Positions 18,816-28,672 of a stretch of DNA of 64,000 nucleotides are shown piece by piece. The notes beneath the pieces were generated by a model. The model was not told where the DNA came from. It was given only the letters and a program-made list of their open reading frames with translations, and ran no database searches. Origin of the DNA: an uncultured Candidatus Rokubacteria bacterium (GTDB lineage: Bacteria > Methylomirabilota > Methylomirabilia > Rokubacteriales > CSP1-6); assembly GCA_963762145.1 (NCBI GenBank), contig CAVXJS010000014.1, positions 288,001-352,000 of the forward strand, written 5' to 3'. The position numbers and the translations under genes were made by a program. How positions within the stretch are numbered: the stretch's first letter is position 1; each line of letters opens with the position of its first letter.

Positions 18816-21655
18816 ATGCTCCAAGACTCCGATGGCAACCGCACGGGATGGTGGTGCACGGGGCGAAAAGGGGCGACGTATTGGGCCCCCGAGCTCACCA
18901 CGTATCGCAAGATGCGGGACCCGCAGCGCACGCCGGAGCCCTTCGGCGGGCGGCCGCCCACCGGCGGCCGGCTCTTCGTGGTGCAGAAGCACGCGGCGCG
19001 GCGGCTGCACTACGATCTGCGCCTCGAGATGGACGGGGTGCTGAAGAGCTGGGCGGTGCCGAAGGGGCCGTCGGTCCACGCGGAGGAGAAACGGCTCGCG
19101 GTTCACGTCGAGGATCATCCCATCGAGTACGGCGATTTCGAGGGCGTGATCCCGCCCGGCAACTACGGGGCCGGCTCGGTCATCGTGTGGGACCGCGGCT
19201 GGTACCGGTCCGCCAAGCCCGAGGATCCCCTCGCGCAGCTCGCGCGCGGCAAGCTCGAGGTAGAGATCTTCGGCCACAAGATGCGCGGGCGGTGGACGCT
19301 GGCCCGCATGTCGGGCAAGGACAAGGACTGGCTCCTCCTCAAGAAGACGGACGGCGCCGCGCTCCCGCCCGACGCGGCCGAGCTGACCGAGCGGTATCCG
19401 CACTCGGTGCTCTCCGGTCTCACCGTCGAGGAGATGGCCAACGCCTCCGGGCGCCTCGCCACGATCCGCGCGCGGCTGGACGCGCTCGAGGCCCCGCGCG
19501 GCGAGGTCAGCGCGCGGCGACAGCCCTTCACGCTGGCCACCCTCGCCGACCGGCCGTTCTCGGATCCGGCCTGGCTCTTCGAGATCAAGTACGACGGCGT
19601 GCGCGTGCTCGCCGCGCGACGCGGGGACCGGGTCGAGCTGTACGGTCGGAGCGGCCAGGACACCACGTCGCGTTACCCGGAGGTGGTGCGCGCCCTGCGT
19701 GCGCTGCCGGTGGATTCGTTCGTGATCGACGGGGAGATCGTGGCCCTAGACGACGCGGGGCGGCCGAGCTTTCAGCGGCTGCAGCCGCGCATGGCGCTCA
19801 CGGATCCGCGCGAGATCGAGCGGATGGCGGTGCAGCGCCCCGCGATCGGCGTGTTCTTCGACTGCCTCATGCTCGACGGCCGCGATCTGCGGAAGCTGCC
19901 GCTCGTGGACCGCAAGGAATGCCTGCGCCGTCTGGTGCCCTCGCTCGGCGCGGTTCGCTACGGCGACCACGTATGGAGGAGGGGAAGGCCTTCTTCGACC
20001 TGGCCTCCGAGCAGCGGCTCGAGGGCATGGTGGCCAAGCGGGCGCGGAGCGTGTATTCGGGCGCGCGCACGCGAGACTGGATCAAGATCAAGTGCCAGCG
20101 GCGCCAGGAGTTCGTGATCGGGGGCTACACCGATCCCCAGGGCTCGCGCGGCCACTTCGGCGCCTTGCACCTGGGTGTCTACGACGGGCCCACCGAAGCC
20201 GCGCGCCTCGTGTACGTCTCGAAGGTCGGCACCGGCTTCGACGACGCCAGGCTCGAGGCGATCATGGCCAGGCTCCGACCGCTCGCCCGCGCCACGCCTC
20301 CCTTCGACGCGGGAGCCGTCCCCACCGGCCGGGGCCACCACTGGGTCGAGCCGCGCCTCGTCGCCGAGGTCCGCTTCACCGACTGGACCGACGACGGCGG
20401 CCTCCGTCACCCGACCTTCATCGACCTCAGAGACGACAAGAAGCCCCTCGAATGCCGACGAGAAGAGCCGGAGCAACCGCTGGAACCGGAGCCAGCGCCG
20501 GAACGACCGAAAGCGCCAAGTGCGCCGGAACGAAAGCCACCAGATCGCGCAATACGATCCGCGCGTCGCGGCCAGCGCAACCACGCGGGGGTGGGGGGGC
20601 TCGGGGGCGGAGCGGCATCCGCTCCCCCCCAATCAGAACAAGAAGCCCCTGTGGCACCAACACCGGCGCGCTTTCAGCCCACCAACGTCAAGAAAGTCCT
20701 CTGGCCCGGAGAGCCAGCCCTCACCAAGGGCGACTTGATCGGCTACTACGAGCGAGTCGCATCGCTGATGCTGCCGTATCTTCGCGATCGGCCGCTCGTG
20801 CTCACGCGGTTCCCCGACGGCATCACCGGCAAGTCGTTCTACCAGAAGGACGCGCCCGATTTCGCGCCGGCCTGGGTGCGCACCGAGCGCATCTACTCGC
20901 GCGACACCGAGCGCGACATCGCCTACCTGGTGGTGGACGACGTGGAGATGCTGCGCTACGTGGCCAACAGCGCGGCCCTTCCGATCCACGTCTGGGCCTC
21001 GCGGGTCCCGTCGCTCGAGCGGCCGGACTGGCTGGTGCTCGACCTCGACCCCAAGGGCGCGCCGTTCACCGACGTGGTTCGGGTCGCGCTCGCCCTGCGC
21101 GGCATCCTGGAGCGGCTCGAGCTGCCGAGCTACGTGAAGACGTCGGGGGCCACCGGGCTCCACATCATGCTGCCCCTAGGGGCGCGCTACACCTACGAGC
21201 AGTGCCGGACCTTCGCGCGGCTCCTCGCGGTGATGGGGGTGGAAGCGGAGCCCGAGATCTCGACCGTGGCCCGTCCGTTGCGGTCGCGAGGCGGAAAGGT
21301 CTATATCGACTTCGGCCAGAACGGCCACGGCCAGACCATCGTCGCGCCCTACTCGGTGCGGCCGCTCCCCGGCGCTCCCGCTTCGTGTCCGATCGAGTGG
21401 CGTGAGGTGACGTCCCGCCTGGATCCCGCGCGCTTCACGCTCGAGACCTTGCCCGCGCGCTTCGACAAGATGGCGGATCCGCTGACCCCGGTGCTCGGCG
21501 ACGGCATAGACATGGCCGCGGCCATCGAACGCATCGCGGAGCTGCACCAGAAACCCTCTCCCCTCAGGGGAGAGGGAAAGAGCAGGCTCAGCGGTCGAGC
21601 AGCTCCCGGAGCTGGCGGGCGAACGCGGGGCCGGTCCCGGCCTCCTCGTGCTTGA
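18816..21655 (+). CDS. ligD: DNA ligase D (phosphoesterase-ligase-polymerase), one frameshift near 19972
   Basis: PE domain FVVQKHAARRLHYDLRLE...SWAVPKG; ligase FEIKYDGVR, EGMVAKR, WIKIK; polymerase LDLDP, KTSGATGLH; start uncertain. Confidence 0.93.
20589..20637. repeat. G-rich palindromic repeat (family 2) inside the ligD interdomain linker
   Basis: GGGTGGGGGGGCTCGGGGGCGGAGCGGCATCCGCTCCCCCCCAATCAGA; near-copy at 47839-47885. Confidence 0.7.
21554..21576. repeat. BoxC-like core palindrome in the ligD 3' end
   Basis: CCCTCTCCCC-TCA-GGGGAGAGGG. Confidence 0.75.
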
Positions 21656-22289
21656 AGTAGACGTAGGTGTCGCGCCAGCGTGCGTCGAGCTCCTTGATGC
21701 GCCGGCCCCAGCCCTCGAGATCTTCGGCGGTATAGCCCTGGTCGCGCAGGCGTAGATAGCCCCAGTCGGCGGTCACCTCGACCGGCGTGGTGTCCTCCTC
21801 GGTATCGGCCACGCAGAGCGAGGCGTTGGACGCGCGCAGGCGCTCGTAGACGTCGTCCGAGAACCAGCTCTCGTGGCGGAACTCCATCGCGCAGCGCAGG
21901 CCGGCGGGGAGCTGATCGAGCAGGCCGCCGAGCCGCACCAGGTCCTTCTTGAAGTTGGGCGGGAGCTGGAACAGCACCGGGCCGAGCTTGGGCCCGAGGC
22001 CGGCCGCGGTGTCGAGGAAGTAGCGGAGCGGATCCCCGATCTCGCGCAGCCGCGCGAAGTGGGTGATCCGCTGCGGCGCCTTCAGCGTGAACGAGAAGCC
22101 CGCGGGCGTCTCCGCGACCCAGCCCGCGATGGTCTTGGCATTGGGCATCCGGTAGAAGGTGTAATTGACCTCCACCGTCGAGAAGCGCTCGGCGTAGTAG
22201 GGCAGCATCTTGCCGGTGGGGAACTTCTCCGGATAGAACGAGCCGCGCCACTCCGGATAGTTGTAGCCGGACGTGCCGATGGCGATCAT
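21588..22289 (-). CDS. DUF72 domain protein (YecE-like)
   Basis: IGTSGYNY.EW, VEVNYTFYRMP, LFQLPP, EFRHESW, YLRLR. Confidence 0.92.
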   Translation of the reverse strand: MIAIGTSGYNYPEWRGSFYPEKFPTGKMLPYYAERFSTVEVNYTFYRMPNAKTIAGWVAETPAGFSFTLKAPQRITHFARLREIGDPLRYFLDTAAGLGPKLGPVLFQLPPNFKKDLVRLGGLLDQLPAGLRCAMEFRHESWFSDDVYERLRASNASLCVADTEEDTTPVEVTADWGYLRLRDQGYTAEDLEGWGRRIKELDARWRDTYVYFKHEEAGTGPAFARQLRELLDR

Positions 22290-23089
22290 GCGAAGCGATG
22301 GAGCGCGATGCCGCAGGCGGCCGCGACGTTGAGGGAGTCGACGCCGGCGGCCATGGGGATGCGCACCTCGACGTCCGCGGCGGCGCGCGTCGCGTCGCTG
22401 AGCCCCGCGCCCTCGGCACCGAGCAGGAGCGCGAGCCGCGGCCGGCGCGGCGCCCGGCCCGCCACCTCGACGATGTCCTCCGCTTCCGCACCGGGGCAGA
22501 GGGCCACCAGCCGGTATCCGGCGTGGCGCAGCGCCGCGAGGGTGGCCGCCCAGTCGGGTACCTGCGCGAACGGCAGCGCGAGCGTGGCGCCCATGGAGAC
22601 CCGGATCGCCTTCCGGTAGAGCGGGTCGGCGCAGTGGCTCGACAGCAGCACCCCGGAGACTCCGAAGGCCGCCGCGTTCCGGAAGATCGCGCCGACATTG
22701 TCGGGATCGGTCACGCCCTCGAGCGCGAGCAGTGTGCGCGGGCCCATCGGGTCCATGAGCGCCCCGGGCGCGACGGGCTCGCCGCGCACGCCCAGCGCCA
22801 GGCAGCCGCGATGGAACTTGAAGCCCACGATGGCGCGGATCGTCTCGGCCGAGGCCACGTAGGCGGGCGTCGAGCCGTCGCGGGCGAGCAGGTCGCGGAG
22901 ATCATCGAGGACGGGCGGCGTCAGCAGGAGCGACTGGACCTGGAAGCGCCGGGTTTCGAGCAGGCGGCGAACCAGAAGACGGCCCTCGACGAGGAACAGA
23001 CCCTCGCGCCGCCGTAATTCACCGTCACGCGCGTCGCGGAATCCCGCGATGCGCGGATCGGTGGAATCCTCGACCATTTCGATCTTCAA
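22286..23089 (-). CDS. TrmH/SpoU-family RNA methyltransferase
   Basis: DPDNVGAIFRNAAAFG, LGAEGAGL, VDSLNVAAA. Confidence 0.92.
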   Translation of the reverse strand: MKIEMVEDSTDPRIAGFRDARDGELRRREGLFLVEGRLLVRRLLETRRFQVQSLLLTPPVLDDLRDLLARDGSTPAYVASAETIRAIVGFKFHRGCLALGVRGEPVAPGALMDPMGPRTLLALEGVTDPDNVGAIFRNAAAFGVSGVLLSSHCADPLYRKAIRVSMGATLALPFAQVPDWAATLAALRHAGYRLVALCPGAEAEDIVEVAGRAPRRPRLALLLGAEGAGLSDATRAAADVEVRIPMAAGVDSLNVAAACGIALHRFA

Positions 23090-23136
23090 CGCCGCCTCCG
23101 TGGCGGCTATGATCCCATGGCGAGGAAGGGACAGGA

Positions 23137-23162
23137 AAGGGCCCGGCGGGAACCGGGCCCTT
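23137..23162 (-). terminator. Probable intrinsic terminator
   Basis: 10-bp stem AAGGGCCCGG/CCGGGCCCTT with a 6-nt loop, short T-tract on the minus strand, about 30 nt after the stop of the 23193-23594 gene. Confidence 0.6.
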
Positions 23163-23192
23163 CTACGAAGTTATTGGAAGAGGCGAGCGCGC

Positions 23193-23594
23193 CTACTGGT
23201 AGGCGACGATGCTCGTGGCCCACTCCGGGAGGTCGACGTCGGCCGGCCGGGGGAGGTCGAAGCGGATGCGGCTCAGCACGAACTGGGGAAGCGCGACGTG
23301 CTCCATGCAGCGCAGGCAGTAGAAATCGAGCTCGAGCTGGGCGCGGCGGCCCTGGAACTCGAGCGGCTGCTTGCAGACGGCGTGGTAGAGCTCGCCGTCA
23401 TGGCTCGCGTAGACCGTCGCGAGGGGCGACTTGGCGATCTCGGCGGCCAGCACCGAGTCCGGATGGCGCCGGCTGATGCCGGTGCTACCCTTCGGGCGGC
23501 CGCGCTTCCGCCGGACCTCAGGGGGGTGGGGATCGGTGGCGTGCTGCCTGGCTGCGCTCTCCCGGGGGCCGTGTACGCGATCTCGATTTCTCAT
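23193..23594 (-). CDS. Hypothetical protein with AT-hook motif and putative Zn ribbon
   Basis: RKRGRPKGS; YHAVC...FYCLRC; followed by a terminator. Confidence 0.6.
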   Translation of the reverse strand: MRNRDRVHGPRESAARQHATDPHPPEVRRKRGRPKGSTGISRRHPDSVLAAEIAKSPLATVYASHDGELYHAVCKQPLEFQGRRAQLELDFYCLRCMEHVALPQFVLSRIRFDLPRPADVDLPEWATSIVAYQ

Positions 23595-23757
23595 GCAAGG
23601 CGGTAAGAGCAAGAGGCGTTCCACAGGTGACACTATCAGCAACATATTGAAATAACTGACTTCGGATGCCGTCTATGGGGGCCATGGGGGCCTGGAAACC
23701 AACAAAATTCGGCGCACGATGGCCGGAGGTTGTCATCTCATCAACAGGAGGTTAGCG

Positions 23758-24045
23758 ATGCTCGGTGTCGTCGCGACGATCAAGGTGAAGCCGGGAATGG
23801 AGTCTCAGTTCGAGGCGGTGGCCAAGGAGCTGGTCGCCAAGGTCAACGCCAACGAGCCGGGCTGCCGGCTGTATGCGCTCCATCACGGTGAGGCCCCGCA
23901 GACCTACGTGTTCATGGAGCGTTACGCGGACCAGGCGGCGGTGGAGGCCCACCGGGCGACCGACTACTTCAAGGCGCTGGGCCGGAAGATGGGCGAGTTC
24001 ATGGAAGGGCGGCCGGAGATCCTCCGCCTGAAGGAAGTCGACTAG
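23758..24045 (+). CDS. Antibiotic biosynthesis monooxygenase (ABM) family protein
   Basis: VVATIKVKPG, EPGCRLY, FMERYAD...AH; AGGAG RBS. Confidence 0.9.
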   Translation: MLGVVATIKVKPGMESQFEAVAKELVAKVNANEPGCRLYALHHGEAPQTYVFMERYADQAAVEAHRATDYFKALGRKMGEFMEGRPEILRLKEVD

Positions 24046-24048
24046 CGG

Positions 24049-24312
24049 TCAGCCGCCGGCCAGCTTCACGGGGTAGCCGAGCGCGCGCAGCCGCGCGGCG
24101 AGGCGCTCCCGGTGGTCGCCCTGGATCTCGAGCACGCCGTCCTTCAGGGTGCCCCCGGCGCCGCAGAGCCGCTTGAGCTCGGAGAGGCGCGCTTCGAGCG
24201 CGGGGCCACGCTCGGGGAGCCCGTGAATCACGGTCACGGTCTTGCCGTTGCGTCCGCCGCGGTCGCGGAAGAGCCGGACGACGCCGTCGCGCGGAACGTG
24301 CGGAGCAGCCAC
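24049..24312 (-). CDS. yciH: SUI1-family translation initiation factor YciH
   Basis: GRNGKTVTVI.GL, LKRLCGAGGTLKDGVLEIQGDHR. Confidence 0.9.
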   Translation of the reverse strand: MAAPHVPRDGVVRLFRDRGGRNGKTVTVIHGLPERGPALEARLSELKRLCGAGGTLKDGVLEIQGDHRERLAARLRALGYPVKLAGG

Positions 24313-24343
24313 CGCCAGAATCTAGCAGAAGGGGAGGAGCCTC

Positions 24344-25450
24344 GTGAAGATCACGGACGTCACGCTCACGCTGTTCGGCTGGGACAACATTCCCGCCACC
24401 ACCTACGGCCGGCACACCGGCAAGTTCGGCGGCCAGAGCCAGCTCGGGCTGCTCACCCTGCGCACCGACGAGGGCGCGGAGGGGCACGCCTTCCTGGGCT
24501 CGGCGAGCCGCGGCGCGAACTACGACGCCGAGTCGCTGATCGCCGCGCTCAAGCCCCTCGTGATGGATCAGGACCCGCTGGACCGGGAGCGGCTGTACCA
24601 GGCGCTGCTCTCGCGGAGCCGCCAGACCACGTGGCGCGCGATCGGCGCGGTGGACGTGGCGCTGTGGGATCTCGCGGGCAAGATCACCGGGCTCCCCATC
24701 CACCGGCTGCTCGGCTCCTACCGCGAGCGTCTCCCCGCCTACGCGAGCTCCGCGGTGCTGCCGTCCAAGCAGGCCTACGCGGAGGAAGCGGCGCGATTCA
24801 AGAGCGAGGGCTGGACCGCCTACAAGATTCACCCGCCGACCGATCCCCGGCTCGACATCGAGATCTGCGAGGCGGTGCGCGGGATGGTGGGCGACGCCTT
24901 CACCCTGATGCTCGACTCCACGTGGGCCTACGACTACCCGGCCGCGATCCGGGTGGGCCGCGCGGTCGAGCGCCTCGGCTACTACTGGTACGAGGACCCG
25001 CTGCCCGACGACGACCTCTACAACTACGTCAAGCTCAAGCAGCACCTCTCGATCCCGATCCTGGCCACCGAGTACGTGCCGGGCGGCTTCACCGCCTACG
25101 CGCCCTGGCTCGTCGCCCGCGCGACCGACTATCTCCGTGGGGACGTGGCGGTGAAGGGGGGTATCTCGGCGCTCGTGAAGACCGCGCACCTCGCGGAGGG
25201 CTTCCACATGAACTTCGAGATCCACCACGGCGGCAACTCGCTCAACAACGTGGCCAACCTCCACGTGGCGATGGCGATCCGCAACTGCGAGTTCTTCGAG
25301 GTGCTGCTCCCCGCGGAGGCCCAGAAGTACGGGCTCGTCGCCGACATCGAGGTGGACTCGCACGGCATGGTGCGGGCGCCGAGCGCGCCCGGCCTGGGGG
25401 CCCAGATCGACTTCGCGCTGATAGAGCGGAAGAAGATCGCGACGATTTGA
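24344..25450 (+). CDS. Mandelate racemase/muconate lactonizing enzyme family protein
   Basis: AIGAVDVALWDLAGK, YKIH, MLDS, YEDP, ATE. Confidence 0.9.
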   Translation: MKITDVTLTLFGWDNIPATTYGRHTGKFGGQSQLGLLTLRTDEGAEGHAFLGSASRGANYDAESLIAALKPLVMDQDPLDRERLYQALLSRSRQTTWRAIGAVDVALWDLAGKITGLPIHRLLGSYRERLPAYASSAVLPSKQAYAEEAARFKSEGWTAYKIHPPTDPRLDIEICEAVRGMVGDAFTLMLDSTWAYDYPAAIRVGRAVERLGYYWYEDPLPDDDLYNYVKLKQHLSIPILATEYVPGGFTAYAPWLVARATDYLRGDVAVKGGISALVKTAHLAEGFHMNFEIHHGGNSLNNVANLHVAMAIRNCEFFEVLLPAEAQKYGLVADIEVDSHGMVRAPSAPGLGAQIDFALIERKKIATI

Positions 25451-25484
25451 TCGAAGGGGGCCTCGATGGCCCCCTCGGCCTCGA

Positions 25485-26372
25485 CTAGTCGAGGCCGGAA
25501 ACGATCGCGGTGAGGGCGGCGGCGGCGCGGTGGAGGGCGGCGGGCTCCAGCGTCTCGAGTGCGTCGGCGCTCGTGTGGTAGGTGTGGAACGGCGGGGGGC
25601 GGCGGATCAGGCTCCGCACGCTGGAGAGCACCGGGCTCAGCACGAAGCGGCGCAGGGCGTTCGCGTGAGCCCCTGGCACCATCGTGAAGCCGTAGGCGGG
25701 AATGCCCGCGGCCGCGAAGGCCCGGTGGTCGCTCCCGAACATCGGGATACGTCCGATCACCCGATGGCCCGCATCGCGCGCGAGGCCGATGGACTCGAGC
25801 GCCGCCGTCACCCCGTCCAGGAACGGGGTGAGCTCGCCCGCGTCCCAGAGGGCCACCGTGTCGCCGATGCCGCACAGCTCGAGGCTGAGTACGCCCGCGA
25901 TGTCGCTCAGCGGTGTGTCCTCCACGTAGGCGCGCGCGCCCAGGTAGTCGAGCTCCTCCGCGGCGGTGAAGAGCAGGCGCACCCGCCAGCCGCGCGGGAT
26001 CCGGGCGGGCAGGCGCGGGATCAGGTGCAGCAGGATGCCGACCGCGGCCGCGTTGTCGTTGGCCCCGGGACTGCCCGGCACCGCGTCGTGATGCGCGCAC
26101 AGCACCAGGACGCGCGGGCCCTCGCCGAGCTCGACCGCGAAGGTGTCGCCGCGGCCCTCGGGCCGCGTGAACCGATGGCGCGAGAACGCGATGCCGCGGT
26201 ACTGGAGGTAGCGGGGCAGGGCCGCCTCGCGTGCCGCGTTGTCGCGGCCGCAGAGCAGGCGGCTGAGCGCGGCGGGGGAATCGTCGCCCACCAGCACTCG
26301 CTCGAGCGGCGCGGGTGGCGCGATGGGGCCGCCGGGGCGGCGATTCAGCCACCGCCCCAGCGACCGCAGCAC
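25485..26372 (-). CDS. M28 family metallopeptidase
   Basis: AHHDAVPGSPGANDNAAAV, AAEE, SDH, YHT; start uncertain. Confidence 0.85.
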   Translation of the reverse strand: MLRSLGRWLNRRPGGPIAPPAPLERVLVGDDSPAALSRLLCGRDNAAREAALPRYLQYRGIAFSRHRFTRPEGRGDTFAVELGEGPRVLVLCAHHDAVPGSPGANDNAAAVGILLHLIPRLPARIPRGWRVRLLFTAAEELDYLGARAYVEDTPLSDIAGVLSLELCGIGDTVALWDAGELTPFLDGVTAALESIGLARDAGHRVIGRIPMFGSDHRAFAAAGIPAYGFTMVPGAHANALRRFVLSPVLSSVRSLIRRPPPFHTYHTSADALETLEPAALHRAAAALTAIVSGLD

Positions 26373-26401
26373 GAGCTGGGCCGCCGCGTGGGCGACCCTT
26401 C

Positions 26402-27499
26402 TCAGTTGAACACGACCACGCCGCGGGCGACCTGGCCGGTCCGCAGCGCGGTGAAGCCCTCGTTGATGTCCTCGATCTTGTAGGTGCGGCTGACCAGCTC
26501 GTCGATCTTGAGGCGGCCGTCCAGGTAGAGATCCACCAGCTTGGGGAAGTCGATGTTCGGGCGCACCGAGCCGTACATCGTGCCCTTGATCGACTTCTCC
26601 TGGAGCGCCATGTTGTAGGGCGTGATCGGCGCGCGCACGTTGAGCGCGGCCATGCCCACGATCACCGCGGTGCCGCCCGGCCGGATCGCTTCCACGATCT
26701 GCAGCGTGGTGGCCTCGCCGCCGATGGCGTCGAAGGCGTAGTCCACCCCGCGCCCGCCCGGGGTCAGCTCGCGCACGCGGTCCACCACGTTCTCGCTCTT
26801 GGCGTTGATGGTGTGGGTCGCCCCGAAGTCCTTGGCGTAGGTGAGCTTGCTGTCGAGCAGATCCGCGGCCACGATGATGCCGGCCCCGGCCAGCTTCGCG
26901 CCCTGCACCACGTTGAGCCCGACGCCGCCGCAGCCGATCACCAGCACCGAGGCGCCCGCCTCCACCTCGGCGCAGCGAGTCACCGCGCCCACGCCGGTGG
27001 GCACGCAGCAGCCCATGAGCGCGGCCTGCGGCCACGGCATCTCCTTGCGGATGGGCACCAGCATCTCGGCCGGGCACACCACCTGCTCGGAGAAGGTGCC
27101 GATGCGCGCCATCTGGAAGATGTCCTGCCCGTTGCGCTTGAGCCGGAAGGTGCCGTCGAGCATGCCCCAGCGCGGCGAGGTGTGCCCGTCGCACAGGATG
27201 GAGCGGCCCATCGAACAGTAGAGGCAGTGGCCGCACTGCGGGCGGAACGAGAAGATGATGTGGTCGCCGGGCTTGACGTTCGTGACCCCCGGCCCCACCT
27301 CCTCGACCATGCCCGCCGCCTCGTGGCCCAGGACCATCGGCAGGGGCGGGGTCCAGTCCCCGTTCATGATGTGCCAGTCACTGTGGCAGATGCCGGCGGC
27401 CTTGACCTTCACGCGCGCTTCCCCGGCTTTCGGCCCTTCCTGGACCAGATCGACCACTTCGAGCGGAGTATTGGCCTTGTAGAGGACGGCGGCTTTCAC
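26402..27499 (-). CDS. Zn-dependent alcohol dehydrogenase (class III-like)
   Basis: GICHSD, LGHEAAG, CGHCLYC, GCGGVG. Confidence 0.92.
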   Translation of the reverse strand: MKAAVLYKANTPLEVVDLVQEGPKAGEARVKVKAAGICHSDWHIMNGDWTPPLPMVLGHEAAGMVEEVGPGVTNVKPGDHIIFSFRPQCGHCLYCSMGRSILCDGHTSPRWGMLDGTFRLKRNGQDIFQMARIGTFSEQVVCPAEMLVPIRKEMPWPQAALMGCCVPTGVGAVTRCAEVEAGASVLVIGCGGVGLNVVQGAKLAGAGIIVAADLLDSKLTYAKDFGATHTINAKSENVVDRVRELTPGGRGVDYAFDAIGGEATTLQIVEAIRPGGTAVIVGMAALNVRAPITPYNMALQEKSIKGTMYGSVRPNIDFPKLVDLYLDGRLKIDELVSRTYKIEDINEGFTALRTGQVARGVVVFN

Positions 27500-27516
27500 G
27501 GGGATCTCCTTCTTAT

Positions 27517-27550
27517 CCCTCTCCCCTAGGGGAGAGGGCCGGGTGAGGGG
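27517..27550. repeat. BoxC-like palindromic repeat
   Basis: CCCTCTCCCC-TA-GGGGAGAGGG-CCGGGTGAGGGG. Confidence 0.8.
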
Positions 27551-27622
27551 TGAAACACCGGGCTGCGCGGCCGATGATGCGGTGGGGCGCTGGCCCTGTC
27601 AAGCGCGGTATCATCTGTCGCC

Positions 27623-28612
27623 ATGACGGGGGGCGCCATGACGGGCTTTCGATGGTCGCACCTGTTCTTCCTTCTCTCCACCTGGGTGGTGGTGTCGATC
27701 GTGGCCCTGCTGGTGGTCGGGCTGGCGTGGACGCTCCGGCTCAAGCCGCAGGCGCTCCGGGACGCGCGCGCCCAGCGCCAGGACATCGTCCGCGTGCTCG
27801 CGGGGCTGGCGGATGCCCAGGTGCGCGACAAGCTCGACGCCCTCGGCCCGCTCGCCGTCCACTTCGCGCAGGGCTGGGCCGCGCGCGAGCCGCGCGCGCT
27901 GCAGCGCGAGATCGACACGATCCGGGCGATGCTGCAGATGCCGACTCTCTTCGTGGTGTCGCCCGACGGCCGGCCGCTCGCGTTCAGTCCGCTCACCGGG
28001 CCGGACGGCACATCCAACCTCGATCTGCGCTACGCGGACCGGCCCCTCCTGCAGGAGGCCATTCGCCTCCAGGGGCCCGCGGTGTCCGGCATCATCTTCG
28101 GCCGGGCCTCGCGCGATTTCATCGTGGGCGCCGCGGTGCCGATCAAGGTGAACGAGCAGATCGTCGCCTATCTGATCGGCAGCATCCGGCTGCAGGGATC
28201 CATCGAGGCCATCGAGCAGGCCGGGCCCGGGGGCTGGCTGATCATGATCGACGCGGGGAAGCAGGCGATCTACCTGGACCGGAAGACGCGCCAGCTCACG
28301 CAGGAGGACTGGAAGAACCATCCATTCGTCGCCGAGCTGAGCCGCCGCCAGTCCGACGGCCTCGTCGCGCTGGGCGAGGACGACGAATGGCTGCTCACCA
28401 AGGCGGTGATGCCCACCCTCAAGGTGGATCTGGTCTTCGCCGCCTCGGTACGCCAGATTCTGGAGAGCCAGCGGGCGGTGCTGCTGACCCTGGTGGCCGC
28501 CCTCCTCGTCTCGGTGGCCATGAGCCTGGCCGTGAGCACGGTGACCGCCCTCCGCTTCGTACGGGAGCAGGAGGCGGCCGCGCTCAAGATGCGCGTGGGA
28601 ACGGGGGGTTAG
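27623..28612 (+). CDS. Two-TM Cache-domain membrane protein without a cytoplasmic output domain
   Basis: TM, then YADRPLLQEAI..GPAVSGIIFGRAS..IVGAAVPI (dCache-like), TM, then a ~20-aa tail. Confidence 0.7.
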   Translation: MTGGAMTGFRWSHLFFLLSTWVVVSIVALLVVGLAWTLRLKPQALRDARAQRQDIVRVLAGLADAQVRDKLDALGPLAVHFAQGWAAREPRALQREIDTIRAMLQMPTLFVVSPDGRPLAFSPLTGPDGTSNLDLRYADRPLLQEAIRLQGPAVSGIIFGRASRDFIVGAAVPIKVNEQIVAYLIGSIRLQGSIEAIEQAGPGGWLIMIDAGKQAIYLDRKTRQLTQEDWKNHPFVAELSRRQSDGLVALGEDDEWLLTKAVMPTLKVDLVFAASVRQILESQRAVLLTLVAALLVSVAMSLAVSTVTALRFVREQEAAALKMRVGTGG

Positions 28613-28628
28613 CGCGCCTCCGGGGGAA

Positions 28629-28661
28629 GCCGTTTCACACCCGGCCGGCGGCGGTGTCTCA
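28629..28661 (+). promoter_or_regulatory. Putative ECF-dependent (autoregulatory) promoter, copy 1
   Basis: GCCGTTTCACACC-N9-GCGGTGTCTCA; both blocks and the spacing are identical to 30182-30214. Confidence 0.7.
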
Positions 28662-28672
28662 TGGGCAGAGTG

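Noticed and set aside
18315-19985. Programmed ribosomal frameshifting in ku or ligD
   Set aside because: No slippery heptamer at either shift site and no precedent known to me for these genes; error or mutation is more parsimonious.
23595-23757. Relatively AT-rich intergenic stretch as a possible ncRNA or tRNA
   Set aside because: No cloverleaf or recognisable RNA motif; consistent with a divergent promoter region.
27541-27560. GTTTCACCCC on the minus strand resembling the ECF -35 block
   Set aside because: It lacks the GCGGTGTCTCA block at the right spacing and overlaps a BoxC-like arm.
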